Shown here: one piece after another, positions 1 to 13,878 of the stretch
How the letters are laid out: every line of letters begins with the position of its first letter
How positions within the stretch are numbered: the stretch's first letter is position 1
Assembly: GCA_951804945.1 (NCBI GenBank)
Contig: OX638155.1
Coordinates: 51,832,001 to 51,896,000 of the forward strand
Direction of reading: 5' to 3'
Length of the DNA stretch: 64,000 nucleotides
DNA from: Podarcis cretensis
Lineage: Eukaryota
Program-made: the position numbers and the translations under genes
The notes under the pieces: model-generated
What the model was told of the DNA's origin: nothing
Database searches by the model: none
The model's input: only the letters and a program-made list of their open reading frames with translations

Positions 1-94
1 CTATAGGAGTGCTCTGATGGTGTTTCCTGCTTGGCAGGGGGTTGGACTCGATGGCCCTTGTGGTCTCTTCCAACTCTATGATTCTATGATTCTA
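1..94 (+). mobile_element. CR1 LINE 3' end
   Basis: GGGTTGGACTCGATGGCC...TTCCAACTCTATGATTCTATGATTCTA octamer tail. Confidence 0.85.
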
Positions 95-500
95 TTTAGG
101 GAGCTTTGTGGCTTAGGACTGATTTCAGTGTGGGATGAGGTCAAAATTCTCAGGATTTTGTCTCAAAATAGGAGCTGGGGCAAGGTTTCATGAAACCCTC
201 CCCACCTTTCTGTGGTCTTTGAGGTGGTGGTGATAGTGCATTTGCACACATTTCTACTGCTGTGTAACATTTACCCCTAAGACATAAGCCTGGAGTGAGG
301 GCAGGAATATTTGCTTTTGCTCAGCTTTGGGCTTGGCCGCCATCATTGCCTAGTCAAATCTCACTGCCTGTGTGGCATAATCACAAAGCCGATTTGGGGT
401 AAGTGCAATGTTTGCTGCCCTCACTGTGATATCTTATGGGTAAAAATGTTAAAGGGGAAGTGGCTCCAGCAGCAGGGAAAACACAACCCCCTGTCACCAG

Positions 501-653
501 CATAGGCGTAGCCAGGACTGGGGCGGGGGACAGGCCCTCAGCTTCTGCTCAGCTTCTAACCATTGAGCAGAACCTCAGTTAGCCATGTATTTTTACTCAT
601 TTTTATTGATTGGGGGCAGCTACCCCTCCCTGCCCCCCTTGGCTATGCCCATG
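501..653. mobile_element. hAT-type MITE (TIR CATRGGCGTAGCCA), copy 1
   Basis: TIRs cataggcgtagcca / tggctatgcccatg; 8-bp flanks gtcaccag / gtgaccag. Confidence 0.85.
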
Positions 654-774
654 GTGACCAGCAAGTAGGGAAAACACTTGAATCTAGGTTTACAAGACCT
701 CCTGGAAAAAAGAGTTAAAGGGATGGTTTTCATCAAGCAAGGCCTGATGTCAACTGGGTTTCCCATCTCCAAGT

Positions 775-840
775 ATTCTTACAATGCAAGGGGTTGGACT
801 AGATGGTTCTCAGGGTCCCTTCTAACTCTACAATTCTATA
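775..840 (+). mobile_element. CR1-type 3' tail fragment
   Basis: ggggttggactagatg...gggtcccttctaactctacaattcta. Confidence 0.7.
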
Positions 841-923
841 CCACGCTCTGCTGACCTACCATGGTCCTATTGACCACCTGCTTAGAGTTCATATAGGAAG
901 AAAGTGGTTAGGGTTTGAAGAGG

Positions 924-924
924 C

Positions 925-1001
<77 letters not shown>

Positions 1002-1007
1002 GAGAGA
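924..1007. repeat. Compound microsatellite (CT)n(CA)n(GA)n
   Basis: Directly visible. Confidence 0.97.
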
Positions 1008-3623
1008 TGTTACACTTTAGGAATGTTTGTGACATACTAGTGAGACTGAAAAGACATCATAGTATGAATTGCATCATAATAGGGCATCCTAGCAACTAGT
1101 AGCTTGCTAGGGTGAAAAAAAAGCCAGTCTTTCCTAGCAGCTGGTCCTTCCTAGCAGCAAGGTTTGCTTCCTGCAGGGTGCAGGATCTGTGTGGCTCTGC
1201 CCAATGATTAGAAGCTGAGCAACAGAACTGCACAGAATCTTGTCTGTGCTGTGCAACAGCTAAATCAAACTGGAAGGATCGACCTACAGGGCAGGCAAGC
1301 AAATATTCATTTATTCTTTTATTCCCACATTAGGTGCCTTTCTGTATAACATTGTGGGTGGGTTGAATTAATTTTAAGAGAATAAAGGAAGTTGTGTTGA
1401 TAATCTCTGCTTCTTCTGATGTAATTACTGTTTTCTAACCAAATATATGCCCTCTTCTGTACAGTGGAGAGATTGCAGGAAGTGTGTAAAAGGTAACTGC
1501 TAAGTTTCTGTAGCTTCTTTCATTCTTTGTAATCTCTTCAGACATAAATCCTTTGAGGATTGTGTATGAAACAGTAATGCAGTAGCTCATTCATTCATTC
1601 ATTCATTTGGATTGTATCTTCACCTTATATTTGGTTAGAGCCATTGTATGATAAATGAATAGGAGCTGGCTAGTAAAAATCCACCCCAAAGTTCACCAGA
1701 CTATGCCATATAATTCCTGTTAGGCAAACAGTTCAGTTGAGTTTCAGTTCCATATTGGCCATAGTCCCTAAGAAGAAATGTTACAACACAATTCATAATG
1801 GGGTGGACAACACAACTCACAATTTGTAGATAGTTACAATGAGCAAGAGCTCAGCCAGCCAAAATTAGTTTTCATTACAGCAGTCACAGATGATAGCAAT
1901 TTACAACAAGAGATTCAATAGAAGCAGCATGAGACTTGGATAATGCTAAAGTGTGAGATGCTGACTTAATGAGTAATTCTTTATATCAATTATCTGATCG
2001 TTTCAAGATCTGACTGGTTTCCCTTGCCCAAAAGCAGTTGGGGAAGAAACATGTTTCTAACCAATATACAGTATAAGCAGAGTATTTTTAAAATCCAGAT
2101 GTTACGAGATCCTCAGTTTCTCCCGTGTCACAAAAGCATAGGCTAAATCTAGACATAGTGTAAAGTTGTGAGCCTGTGCTAGGCTTGGGCTCAGGAGCTG
2201 CCTCTTGCTCCTCCTCCAGTGTCTGCTGCCCTCTCCAATGCCCCCACCCTCTGCACCTTGGCCAGAGGGGGTACCCAGAAGAGGACCACCGGTGATGGCC
2301 TACAGGTCTGGGAGAGGTTCATACAGGATAGCCATGGTGACAAGAAATTGTATGCAGGCAAGAATATTTGGGGGGCTTCAAGAATAAGGTCTGACAGACT
2401 ACCTATCCCCCCCCCTTTGTTTATAATGCTTTGCAACAGCTGTGATGCAGGTGGCAATGACTGGGCAGGCAGCACCCCGCTTCAGTTCTGCAGCAAGATT
2501 AGGCCCAGTGAATAAAAAGAGACCCAACTGCTAAGTAACCATTTGCAATTCTGTTCTGTCCATAAAGAGGCCGCTCAATTCTTTTTACAGGCTGGTAACT
2601 ATTGTGAGCTTCTTTAGAGGCTGTGCCATATTCAGTTGGGTTTTCCTTACCATTTAAAGTGTTCTCATTAACCAGATGGGAGAGAACAAAACAAGTTTGA
2701 AGTCTCAGTTTATTTATTCAGTAAGCAGAGTTTAAAGAGCCTGCAGCAAAATACAATCCACCACTGGAAACCCTTGGGGCAAGAGAGAACTAAGGGAGAC
2801 CTTCCGTGTTTCTATTCAGTAGGCAGATTTTTAAAAGGCTGCATGCCCAAAATGACTGGTGAGGGGCATCTCTTGGCCCAAAGGTTTTCTATTGTGTCTC
2901 CATTTATTTCAATAGACGTATCTGGGTTTTGCGAGATTTTTTTTATTGATTACTTGCAAAAACCCTTGAGATGTCGAGTATCCAAAGGAAATGTTTGCAA
3001 AAGCGTGATTGTTTTTAAGCTTGAACACAGAGATGTTAATGCATCCTTACAAATTATCTCCCTCCACAAAGCCATTGTTAGCACTCCTGGGTGGGGTGGG
3101 GGTGCAGAACACAGGCACCAGGCTTGTGGGATTTTTTGCCAATAGAGATCCAGCAGGAGCCTTCGGGGTCAAATTTTAAACACCTACTGAAAACTTTTTT
3201 ATTCTGCCAGGCAATTAAGAACGTATCTTTCCACAATGGATAATTGAGGTCTGTTTTTAACTTTTTAATACATGATTTGTTATTGTATGTTTTATGTATT
3301 ATTGCTGTAAATCGCTTTGTTATTTCTTCTTCTTCTGATATAGCACTATATAACTGTTTTTAGAAATAAATACAGTTACTTAACCTCTTCGCCTTCCCCC
3401 ACGACCTCAGTGTGACTAACAGAATCAGGGTGTGTGTGATTTAGATCAGACAAAAGATGCTGTGGAAGGTTAAAAACCTCTTCCCTAGCAGAGCCCTTCC
3501 AGTCAATGTCACCTTCCCCAAACTGCTTTAAAATAAAATGAAAAGTCAGGAGATTGCTTCATATAATTTATGTGTCATAATTTGTTTGTGCTTCCTTACC
3601 CTGTGTGGTATATGGTATTTGGA

Positions 3624-3624
<1 letters not shown>

Positions 3625-3650
<26 letters not shown>
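3625..3650. repeat. (TG)n microsatellite
   Basis: Directly visible, abuts the Sauria SINE head. Confidence 0.95.
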
Positions 3651-3654
<4 letters not shown>

Positions 3655-3657
3655 TCT

Positions 3658-4021
3658 GGGATGTGGGTGGCGCTGTGGTCTAAACCACTGAGCCTTGGGA
3701 TTGCCGATCAGGAGGTTGGTGGTTCGAATCTTCACGACGGGGTGAGCTCCTGTTGTTCGGTCCCAACTCCTGCCAACCTAGCAGTTCGAAAGCACGTCAA
3801 AGTGCAAGTAGATAAATAGGCACCACTCCAGCAGGAAGGTAAACGGCATTTCCATGCGCTGCTCTGGTTTCGCCAGAAGCGGCTTAATCATGCTGGCCAC
3901 ATGACCCGGAAAAACTGTCTGCGGACAAACGTCAGCTCCCTCGGCCAGTAAAGCGAGATGAGTGCCGCAACCCCAGAGCCGTTCGCGACTTGACTTAACT
4001 GTCAGGGGTCCTTTACCTTTT
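3658..4021 (+). mobile_element. Sauria SINE, full length
   Basis: Head GGGTGGCGCTGTGG with B-box GGTTCGAATC; core CCAACCTAGCAGTTCGAAAGCA...AGTAGATAAATAGG; ACCTTT-type tail. Confidence 0.92.
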
Positions 4022-5185
4022 TATATATGGATTCTACTAATTTCATGCATGAGATCAAAAGGGCTTGTTGCATACTGCAGTCCTGAATCACCAAATGTCT
4101 TGGAATTCAGGTCATCTCAAAGGGTTTGCCACATGTCAAAGTAGCTTGTGTGGAAGTTGATGGACGTTAAATGGAATGCTGGAGAGAGCCAATCAGTGCT
4201 GGAGCAGCCTGTTAGGACTGGACTTCAGCTTCTAGGTGCAAAAGCTACATAAAGCTTCAAAACTGAAAAAAAAAACACCTCGTGCCTTTCTTTTTCTTCT
4301 TTTTGCTTTATAAAATATATTTGGCCTTTTATTAATTTAGTTTCAATACTGCTTTGGCACACAACATGTTTTATAATTCTCTACAGTTCTCTATAAATAT
4401 GTATCCAATCGCCTGTAGATGTATTTTCTTTTTAATTCCATTCTGGTCTAATGAAATGAGCACCTGAAAAGGAGACCTATGTTTCCTTTGTGTATAAAAA
4501 TGACAATGTTTTGGTGGGCAAATGATTTTATTTTTTAGAGTTGTTGCATCTCCTCCTCTTGCCTCCCCTTACTGCTGCTGGCTCCCTAAAAAACCCCCAT
4601 CAAGGAGTCTCTGGCCCCCATGCGTCATTGGTAAGGGGTGGGCTTTTCCCTTAAGCCAGCCATTTTCAGGATGCACCTTTTTTCTTCCATATGGAAAGCA
4701 CAGAAGACATCACTGATTCTCTTGCTGTGCATTGGTTCGGGGCACAGAGAAAGACCATCCCGCCAAAAATGGCTTGGAGGAGGAAACCCATCCCAAAGGC
4801 CCATGACAAGGGTGGGTGAGCTTTTGGGGGGGTGTACCCTTTGCTTCCCCCACATGCATGTCAATGGACACAGGACTGCTATTTTGATTTTTACCCAAAC
4901 TATACCTGTAAACATGGCATCATGGGAAAAGCAAAAGGAGGCCACTCCAAATTGTTTCACTCCACCAACTTCCCTTGAAACAATTTTGTACACCCCCGCA
5001 AAAAAACAAAAACAAAATGAAGCCCCACTCACAAACCAGCGGTGGGGGGAGAAGGTGTCATTTCAAGCAGATCTAAGTATATATTTTATCTATCTGTCAA
5101 AATGCTATAACCTAAGATAGGATTATTTTCTGTCTCTTTTGTGGGTATTTATCTGATTGTTAATACTATCTTGCATCCTACATAG

Positions 5186-5399
5186 TGCACTTAGTGGATA
5201 TTTGGAATGTAATAGAAGCATTGCGGGAAAATTCATTGAACAACCTGGATCCGAACATAGAACTGAATGTGGCTCGAATTGAAGCTGTCCTGTCCACAGT
5301 TTTTTACCAACTGAACAAACGCATGCCAACTACCCACCAGATCAACGTAGAGCAATCCATCAGCTTACTACTCAACTTCCTGCTGGCAGCTTTTGATCC
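5186..5399 (+). CDS. DTNA: DTNA exon, EF-hand region ([13 protein letters not shown]...LLAAFDP), 214 nt
   Basis: catag|TGCAC acceptor; GATCC|gtaagt donor; ORF 5185..5403. Confidence 0.97.
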
Positions 5400-5656
5400 G
5401 TAAGTTTTCCTTCTTATATTATTGATTTTAATCTTTCCACAGAAAAATAGTACCAAAGTGAAATATCAGTTTGAGCTGGGCCTTGGACAAAGTGAAATTC
5501 CCGAATTACTGTTGTTGTTCAGAACTTTCTTAATTATGACTATAAAAGCTATATGTTACACATGTAGATGTGTGCAATATTACCTTGTTGCCTCGGGGAT
5601 TGGAGAAGTGGGAGTTGGAGGGAATGCTTAAATCTTTCCCTCCCCACCATTGTCTG

Positions 5657-5672
5657 CTCTCTCTCTCTCTCA

Positions 5673-5704
<32 letters not shown>
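5657..5704. repeat. (CT)n(CA)n microsatellite
   Basis: Directly visible. Confidence 0.95.
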
Positions 5705-5706
<2 letters not shown>

Positions 5707-8313
5707 CACAGCTTTACCAAAAGGGCCATTGCAGTAATGTGCATGTAACGTCGAGTTTGGCCCCAAGCAGAACACTTCAAAATGCAAAATTGTTCCATTC
5801 TTTGGGTATTATTATTGCTGGTGGAAACATCTGCAGCAGTGTTTATTCTGTAGCAGTGGCATGGGGTTAGTGGCTTATTGTTTGAAGGAAACTCTTTTTG
5901 CTGCAAGCTTAGGCAGCTGTGAGCAATTTCCCCCTTTTCCTTGTTAATGTAGCAAACTCTGAGATTCCAACAGAAAAAATGGCAATAGAATTCATGTTAT
6001 TACTACTGCCTGAAACCTTGCATTTGAAGGCCTAGGAGAGGTGGAGACAACCAAACAAATGTGAATTTATAGGAAAGAGACATCCCTAATGTCATGTTAC
6101 AGATGAGCGTTCTGTGTATATATGTAAATTACGGTAATTGAGCATAGGATCCATCAGCATGTTATTGGCATTCTTAAAAGCATCTGAATAGCCTGAAATT
6201 ACAAACTGGATTGACTGGGATCAGCTTTGTGCTTCGACAGGTGCAAATTATCTATTACCTCATTACTGTTTTCTATTATGAAAATGCACTGGTTGGAAAT
6301 CCACACTATTAAAGTACCATTAAAATAAGTTGCCTTGTGTTCCCGCTTGCCTACCCACCCCCCCCTCTTGCCCTCCTCCCCAGCACACACTTGATGGAGT
6401 TCTTGCTTGGCATTGTGTACCTTCCAGAGTCAGATCAACTGGTACAGTTTAGTCACCATGGCAACACCTGGGGTGAGGTGGGAGGGAGCAACCGTTCCAC
6501 ATGACAAAGTAGCAGAGGCACTGTGTGCCTGTATCCAACCAGCTCTCCTGCCCTCTCCAAGGAGAAATTGTCAGTAGGCTGTGAAACTGTGGCCTTCAGT
6601 GTTTGGAAAAGATTCCACAACAAGGCAGAAGCTCTTTTTAAAAAAGAAGTAACAGTAAACCCTGAATTCTTGACTCTTCACAAGAACGGGGAAGAAACCA
6701 ACTGAGAAAGCCTGGGCACATGTTTTGCTGCCCACTGCCTGTAAGTCTCCCTCCCTCCCAACAAAACCATCACTGTGAAAATGAGATCATTCGTAATACC
6801 CACTTTGTTTCTGGAGTTTAGCACTGCAAGGCTTTGAAGATGCATACAAAACACCATCCCACAGAGGAAGGAATGGAAAAGTACTGCTTTTCTAAATGAT
6901 GGGGTGATCTATGTTAACACAGTACTGCTCTCACATAGAATGTGCTCAACAACTATTCTACACACTTTTGGTAGCTAGGTAATTGTAGGACCTGGAGTAT
7001 ATCCAAAAATGCAAATTGTTCTAAAATAGCAACTGCTTTCATTTCAAGTACTGTAAATCAGAGCTGTCCTCACTATGCTGACATAGTGCTTGAAATTTGT
7101 GATTGAATTAATAGAGGGGTAATCAGAAATCCTAAATGTGAGCCTCAATGAGCCATATAGCCTGATAGGATGGATGAAGAATCCCAGGAGTTCTGGGCAG
7201 GAAATGCATTTTATTAATGTCGCCTGGTGTGGCAAAATATTAAAGACTCAGTCAAGTGGAATGACCATAGAAATGTTAACAGAGTTTCCATTCTTGTTGC
7301 TACTTAAGATGTAGCTTAGCAATTTTGGATTGAAGGTTTGAGTTATATTAACAGTGCAGGCCTGTGCCTATCTACTCATGCTTAGGCCCCACTGAGTTCA
7401 ATGGGGCTTCTTCCCAGGGAATTACATATAGCAAAGCAGCTCCCCTAGCTAAATATGACTGCCTGTGTTATCTGCATCTGGATGCCTTCGTCTGCAACAA
7501 AGCATGTCTTCTCCATATTGGTCTCTACAGCCACAGCAGGCACTGTAACTCTCCAATGGTTTGACTTTACCCCCAAATGCACACTCCTCTATTGTCTCCC
7601 AAGACAGATGGATGCCAATAACAACAGTTATCATGTAGCCTATTCACAGTGAGAGCAGGAAACACTGGTCTCACCGTGAATTGGCATCATAGATATACTT
7701 AGTTATATGACATTGTAATGTCATCATGTTAATCATATTATCCCAATGGGCTGCCAGCAAATTAGTAGTGGCCGCCATTTTATCCCAGAGCAATCAGAAT
7801 GAGCAATCCTAACAAGAGCCTTAAAGTCAAGTTGTAAGGAAATATCTAAGTGTCTTTTGATGCAAGGCAGGGTGGAAATCTTTTAAATGGACAAACTGTA
7901 CTCCTAATTGCAGGGAACTCATTGGAAATACATTTGGTGAAGGCCCACAAATCAAAGATGTGTGTAAGGAAGGCTTTTCCGAGGTCAGAGTATAGGGTCT
8001 TTGATTTCTACCAAGAGGTGCAAATGAAGGCATTTTCTTCTGATCACATCTAGTTTGGTTCCCTGACGCAGCTTGTCACTCAGTTCTTTTTATCAGCAAT
8101 CACCCCAATTGCATGTGCAGAGAGACAGGGGTTTCTGCTTGCTTCCTTTAAACCAGACTCCTTATTTTTGCCCTGAAATATATTAAACTGTTTTATAAAT
8201 GGGACAAGGCAACATTAAGTAATGCTAGGGAGTGGGGAGGCCACCTGCTCATTTTTTTTGCTACTGGTTACAACCCACTTGCAGCTTTGATTATCTGCTG
8301 CATTCATGCCATT

Positions 8314-8315
<2 letters not shown>

Positions 8316-8354
<39 letters not shown>
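8316..8354. repeat. (AC)n microsatellite
   Basis: Directly visible. Confidence 0.95.
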
Positions 8355-8356
<2 letters not shown>

Positions 8357-10317
8357 CTATTCCTATGTTCATGGCAGGCACGTTCTGCTCAGTAAAATAC
8401 ATTTTTCAGAATATATTATCAGAATAGTATAAATACAATACAAATAAAAGGGGGGGAGCTCATGCTTCATTATTTTTAAACTTTCACCTACTCTTATGGA
8501 GAATAATACAGCTTATTTCCAAAGGGAAATCTAGATGAGGTTTTGTTAAATCAGCTTGGAAGTGTTATTGGCTCTGATAGAGTATGCAAAAGCATGCACA
8601 GGGTTTTAGTCATATGCTATAGATTTTGTTTTGTGATAGCCTCTAGCTAATATGGTATAGAGTAGTACTATTGGCATTCGACAGCTGGAGCACCCTGTGG
8701 CCTCAGGTCCTTTACTGATGTTTCATATGCGTTAGAGGCAGGAGAGCAAAGGGCATTTCCCTACCTCCTCACTTTTGCAGACAAGTACAGCGTGAAAGAG
8801 AATTACAAGGGAATTTTCAGCCCTTTATTCTGTTCACTTCATAAGTCCTTCTGATGCCTTTACAATAGCCCATGGCCAGTACAGAGGAATGCTGCCCGTT
8901 CATGTAATAAGCACATCTCTTATGGTTGTTAAAGTCAGTGTGATCATGTTTTGACAAGTGAAGTTGTTGATCAGTCTACTACCCAACTGCATATACAATT
9001 GTTGACTGGATGAGCACCACAATACATTTCTCTGATGGCACAGTTGGTTCTTTGAGTGTTGTTCATTCTTGTAGAGAACTGAGTAACATTTAAATAGAAA
9101 TATTTTCTCCATCTCTACAAGTAACGCAGTTGACTTCTTCATTTATTTTCTGCCTCTGTGCCCTGCTCCACTAGCCCATGGGCTTGCGGGAGTGGTTTAG
9201 TGCAGTTATGTCAAAATACCAGAGTGATTCATTCTAGTGCTTATAAGAAATAGTAAACTCACAGCAGAGCCAGCAGAGCCCCACTGCCTTGGCAGACGCA
9301 GGACAAACACTGCAAGAGTGGGAAGTCACCATTACTTGTCCACACCCAAGCAAATGTTTAGGCATTCTTTCTACACAAAGCAGCCTACTTCAGTTTGGCC
9401 CATCAATTCACCTGACCGGTGAGGCCATAGATGGCTACTATCCAAAGCTTACAGATAGCTGTCCTCTCTGGGCCAAGAGCCCAGCATCCCAGGGTCTACA
9501 GATAAGCACAGCATCAAAGCAAGCCAATTAGTATATACAAAAGCAAGTGAATAAAGCAAGTGAATATAAACATATATGAGCTGTTGCAAGCTCCTTCTTG
9601 CAACAACTACCAATTCGTTTTGGAGTTATCTTGACTACCAAGATGGCATTTTAGGCCTTCTGGAACATTTCACCTTTAGTTTCAACACACTCTGAAGATT
9701 CTCTCCCCCTTTGTGGCTTTACAACAATGATCCCTTCACTGAACAATGATCCCTTCACTGAACATCTTCACCAGCGGCTGTCACAAGGCAGAATACTTGC
9801 TCTTAGGCAGCCATATTTTACTCATGAAAACTTTAAAAACTACTACTATAAAGGAGTTTCATTGTACAACAGAGCAGCTTTGATAATTGCCAGACCCTAG
9901 GGGCACCTAAATGCCAAGGTGCCCGTTTATCTCACCTAGTCACAAGCCATGTCAATACATATTTTCATGGGGAAATTGAATTTACGCTGAGTCTAGGTAG
10001 AGATGTATGAATATAAATGACTCAGATGAAATATGGTGTCCAAACCTATCAAGTCCAACTGCAAAAAAAAATTAAAATGGAAAATATTCCTTTCATACCT
10101 TTTCTTCTCAGAAGTATTCAGCTATGGAAAATGCTATTCCATTTGGGATACAGAGAAAACTTACTTATCTGCTATTCACAATTCATCCCCTTACTGAAGA
10201 AGGACCCATTAAATTTGTACAATTGCCATAGGTCACACATTTATTTATTTTTTAAAAAATAATCCATTGACTTCAAACAATAAAGTTGTTTCTCCTTACC
10301 ATTATTACATTTTTTTA

Positions 10318-10530
10318 AAGTGCCACAAGGTGGAGGAAACCCTGATTCATATGTGGTGTTCATGTAAATACACTAGAGAGTACTGGGAAATGATTCACAC
10401 AGAATTAAAAAAGATTCTAAAACTCACATTTCCCGAAAGACTGGAGGCCTTTCTGTTAGGGATAATAGGTGATGACATTCCAAAAAAGGCACTCAATATC
10501 TTTCTGTACATGACTGCTGCAGCTAGAATA
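10318..10530 (+). mobile_element. L1-clade LINE ORF2 C-terminal fragment
   Basis: KCHKVEETLIHMWCSCKYTREYWEMIHTELKKIL...EAFLLG...TAAARI resembles the Cys/His C-terminal region of sauropsid L1 ORF2. Confidence 0.8.
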
Positions 10531-11849
10531 CATTACTGCCTAAACATACACAGGTACTTCAAGCCACAAGTAGTCACCAACTAGCTTTTAATGTATTGTA
10601 TGTACAAGATGGATGATCGCTGTCTATGTTTGCATAAATGCTTAGCTTTGTTTCAAAACTGTTGGTTTTACTTGGACCAGCTTCGTTGATAATAATTGTG
10701 ATTTTGAATTATATTCAATGATTTCCCATTTATTTATATGTTAAACTAAAATGGCAAACACCTGAAATTAAAATATGTATGCTGCTTGCCTGTTTTATGC
10801 AAGCATAGGGCACAATCAAGCCAAACTATGCACCTTTTAACTAAGCTTAACTCTCTCCAACTGAAATAAATAAGACTGACCATTTTTAATTTGTCTGTAT
10901 CACTACCACTTCTGCATTCAGCATGTAGACACATGGCTGGATATTTTAGGGGGCCTACTGTGGACCCACATTAATATTGATTCAGCACTAGACAGACATC
11001 TTTGTTGTATTCCCAGGCATAAGAACAACAGCAACAGCAACAACAATAACTGTATACTGCCCTCCATCTGTAGATATCAGAGCGGTTAACAACATAAAAA
11101 TGACGTTTTGACAGTTAATGGCATTTTAATACCATTTAGGGTAGAATCTTGTGGTCCCAAGAGTCATAGGATAGAGTGGATCTTCTCCCTACCCACGGAG
11201 AGGGAGATGTGGAGGCTGGAGGAAAAGGTCTACTCTCTCAAGCCTCTCTTGTTGTTATCACAGAAACCTCTGCTCTGTACTGGTGGTGCTGCAGTGGTGA
11301 TAATGGCAAAAGAGCAGCCATTCTGGAGACAGATTAAGGATGGATCACCCAGATCAAAAACCCTTCCAGGCTCCTGACATACACCCATAATGGGGGGAAA
11401 GTACATTAGGTATACTTATAATCTCTCCATTGGGATTAATATGAGGGGAAATCTTCAGGGAACACCCAGGAAAAGAAGGGGGGTGGGGAAGCAGAGAAAT
11501 GCTGGCCAGAGCCTTCTTCCCTGCCAGAGCCTGACCAGACTAGATTGGGCAATGTTTCGTGTTCTGGTTTCGATGGAATTTAGTGTTGTGCTAGAATTAT
11601 TATATTTGATTTATTTCTCTAGCTTTATCTTTTTAAACTGTTTTTACACTACAACACTCAGATAACCACTGTTCAAATCAGAACTACAATAAATAGCTTG
11701 TTTTCTCTTGTATTCTTTTTAAAAGTTTTATGGTTGTTTGCAAAATTTTAATTTCCAAGCCTAAGAATATTTGTACGGCATAATTCAACAGCAGTGCAAA
11801 AATATTGCCATATTGATGTCATCATATTTGTTTTCTTGTTACTGTATAG

Positions 11850-11935
11850 AGAAGGACATGGAAAAATGTCTGTCTTTGCTGTCAAAATGGCCTTGGCAAC
11901 ACTTTGTGGAGGAAAGATCATGGACAAATTGAGAT
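11850..11935 (+). CDS. DTNA: DTNA exon (EGHGKMSVFAVKMALATLCGGKIMDKLR), 86 nt
   Basis: tatag|AGAA acceptor; AGAT|gtaagt donor; phase fits neighbours. Confidence 0.97.
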
Positions 11936-12344
11936 GTAAGTCTTTGTCCTCTATTGTTTATATTTTATTAATGTTGTTCCTTTCCTTTCAATATGGAATA
12001 GAACCGGAATTTGGTTTAGATAATAGTGATATGAATCAATTCATGGTTTCTTTCCAGAATTCTGGTACTGAAAGATTCCTCTTATGCATGGTCAAATGTG
12101 TTGAGTGTCCAGCATAAAGAAACATTTTCATGGTTTTCATAATGAAATATATTTTGCACCCCACCACCACTAAAGACCCAAAGAGCTACTCTACTAAACA
12201 ATACAGAGTACAAAGACCCCCAGCAATAAAACTGCTAGCACATTTGCAAAGCAAAGCAGGGTCCAGTACGGTTTCAAATTAGATGGGAGACTGTGTGCTG
12301 AGATTCCTGCATTGTTGGGGATTGGACTAGATGACCCTAGGGAT

Positions 12345-12588
12345 GAGAGCCAGTGTGGTGTAGTGGTTAAGAGCAGTAGACTCGTAATCTGGTGAACCAG
12401 GTTCGCGTCTCCGCTCCTCCGCATGCAGCTGCTGGGTGACCTTGGGCTAGTCATACTTCTCTGAAGTCTCTCAGCCACACTCAGAGTGTTTGTTGTGGGG
12501 GAGGAAGGGAAAGGAGAATGTTAGCTGCTTTGAGACTCCTTAGGAGAGTGATAAAGTGGGATTTCGAATACAAACTCTTCTTCTTCTT
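12345..12588 (+). mobile_element. Squam3-like tRNA-derived SINE inserted into a CR1-type tail
   Basis: GAGAGCCAGTGTGGTGTAGTGGTTAAGAGC head; (CTT)n tail; CR1 tail halves on both sides. Confidence 0.85.
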
Positions 12589-13219
12589 GGGGTCCCTTCC
12601 AGCTCTGCGGTTCTTTGATTCTATTATACTAAAACAACAGGACACTACTGAATTGGCAGCCAGGCCCAAGTTTGAAAAGAACTAACAGTGTTTTCTACTA
12701 CAAGCAGTTTTCTGTTTAAGTTTTGCATAGTCAACATCTGTAAAGCATTTAACAATTTTAAAGAATTGCTCTTTGACTCCGATAGCAAGAGCAGAAAAGC
12801 AGTTAGCAAAATGTTTGGGAAACATGCATATGTATTAGAAAGATTGATCAATTAAAGCTTCTTTAATCAGGTTGCAGCCCTAGTTAAAACCAATATGGAT
12901 TAAGTTAATCCATTCATAGATCCAAACACATAACACACAAGAGGCACAGAAACAACTTTATTGTCTGAAGTGAAATCACCCTTTGTAATGCATTGAATAT
13001 TTTAAAGCGCGCACACAAATACCCAGCTCTCCAATAATCCAAATCAAGGATGACTACCTGTGGCCCTTCAGGTGTTGTAGGACTTCAGCTCTCATCAGTC
13101 CCAGCTGGCATGACCAAAGGTTAGGGATGATGGTAACTGGAGACCAACAATTTCTGGTAGGCCACAGGTTAACCACCCATATCTAAATACTCAGTTCCCA
13201 GATCATGGACCACCTCTCC

Positions 13220-13545
13220 CCATTTGAACCAAACCAGACCCTGTGATAGTAATTTGAGGCTCTTCTACATGTTCCTCCTCCACAAGAGGTTCAGAGGGTG
13301 GCAGCATAAAAATGGGCTCCCTATTTGTGGAATGCTCTCCCTAGGGAGGCTCACCTGGCACCTTACATAACTTTAGGTGCCAGGTGAGAACATTCCTCTT
13401 CACACAGGCCTTTGACTGATCAAACAATCCATGGCCTTTTAAATGTGTTGAGGGGAAGGTTATTGTTGTGTTATATATTTTGTATTTTTATACTGTAAGC
13501 TACCCAGTGATCTTCAGATAAAGGGTGGTATAAAAATTTAATAAA
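13220..13545 (+). mobile_element. Degraded L2 LINE 3' end
   Basis: tgtggaatgctctccc (LWNALP motif), caggcctttga, then an AT-rich tail ending aataaat. Confidence 0.65.
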
Positions 13546-13878
13546 TTGTCACCATTATCATTACTTGAAGCAGAAAGTTGCTCCAGGCTCAAGAAGTTTG
13601 CATTTTGTGCTTTGGATCTCTTTTATCATGCTAAATTACCATTTTTTCTCTGATTTGCATCATTTTTTTTCTAAAACTGGAAAAGAATTTTGAGTATTAG
13701 AAAAGTGCTTGCTTACTTCCTTTAGTGAGTCCTAACAAAGGCGTATCCATTCTTTTGCAATATAAAAAAGGGGATAACTCTAATTATTATTTTCATTTGA
13801 AAAGAAATACTGTTAGATTTGTAACTAGTGGCTTAAACCAAATAAACCATTTCATATTTCCCCCCTTTATTCCATCAG

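Noticed and set aside
803-1099. ORF with SLSL/THTH/RERE runs
   Set aside because: Translation of a microsatellite.
4625-5120. Overlapping 135- and 160-aa ORFs
   Set aside because: No homology recognised; intronic, probably repeat-derived.
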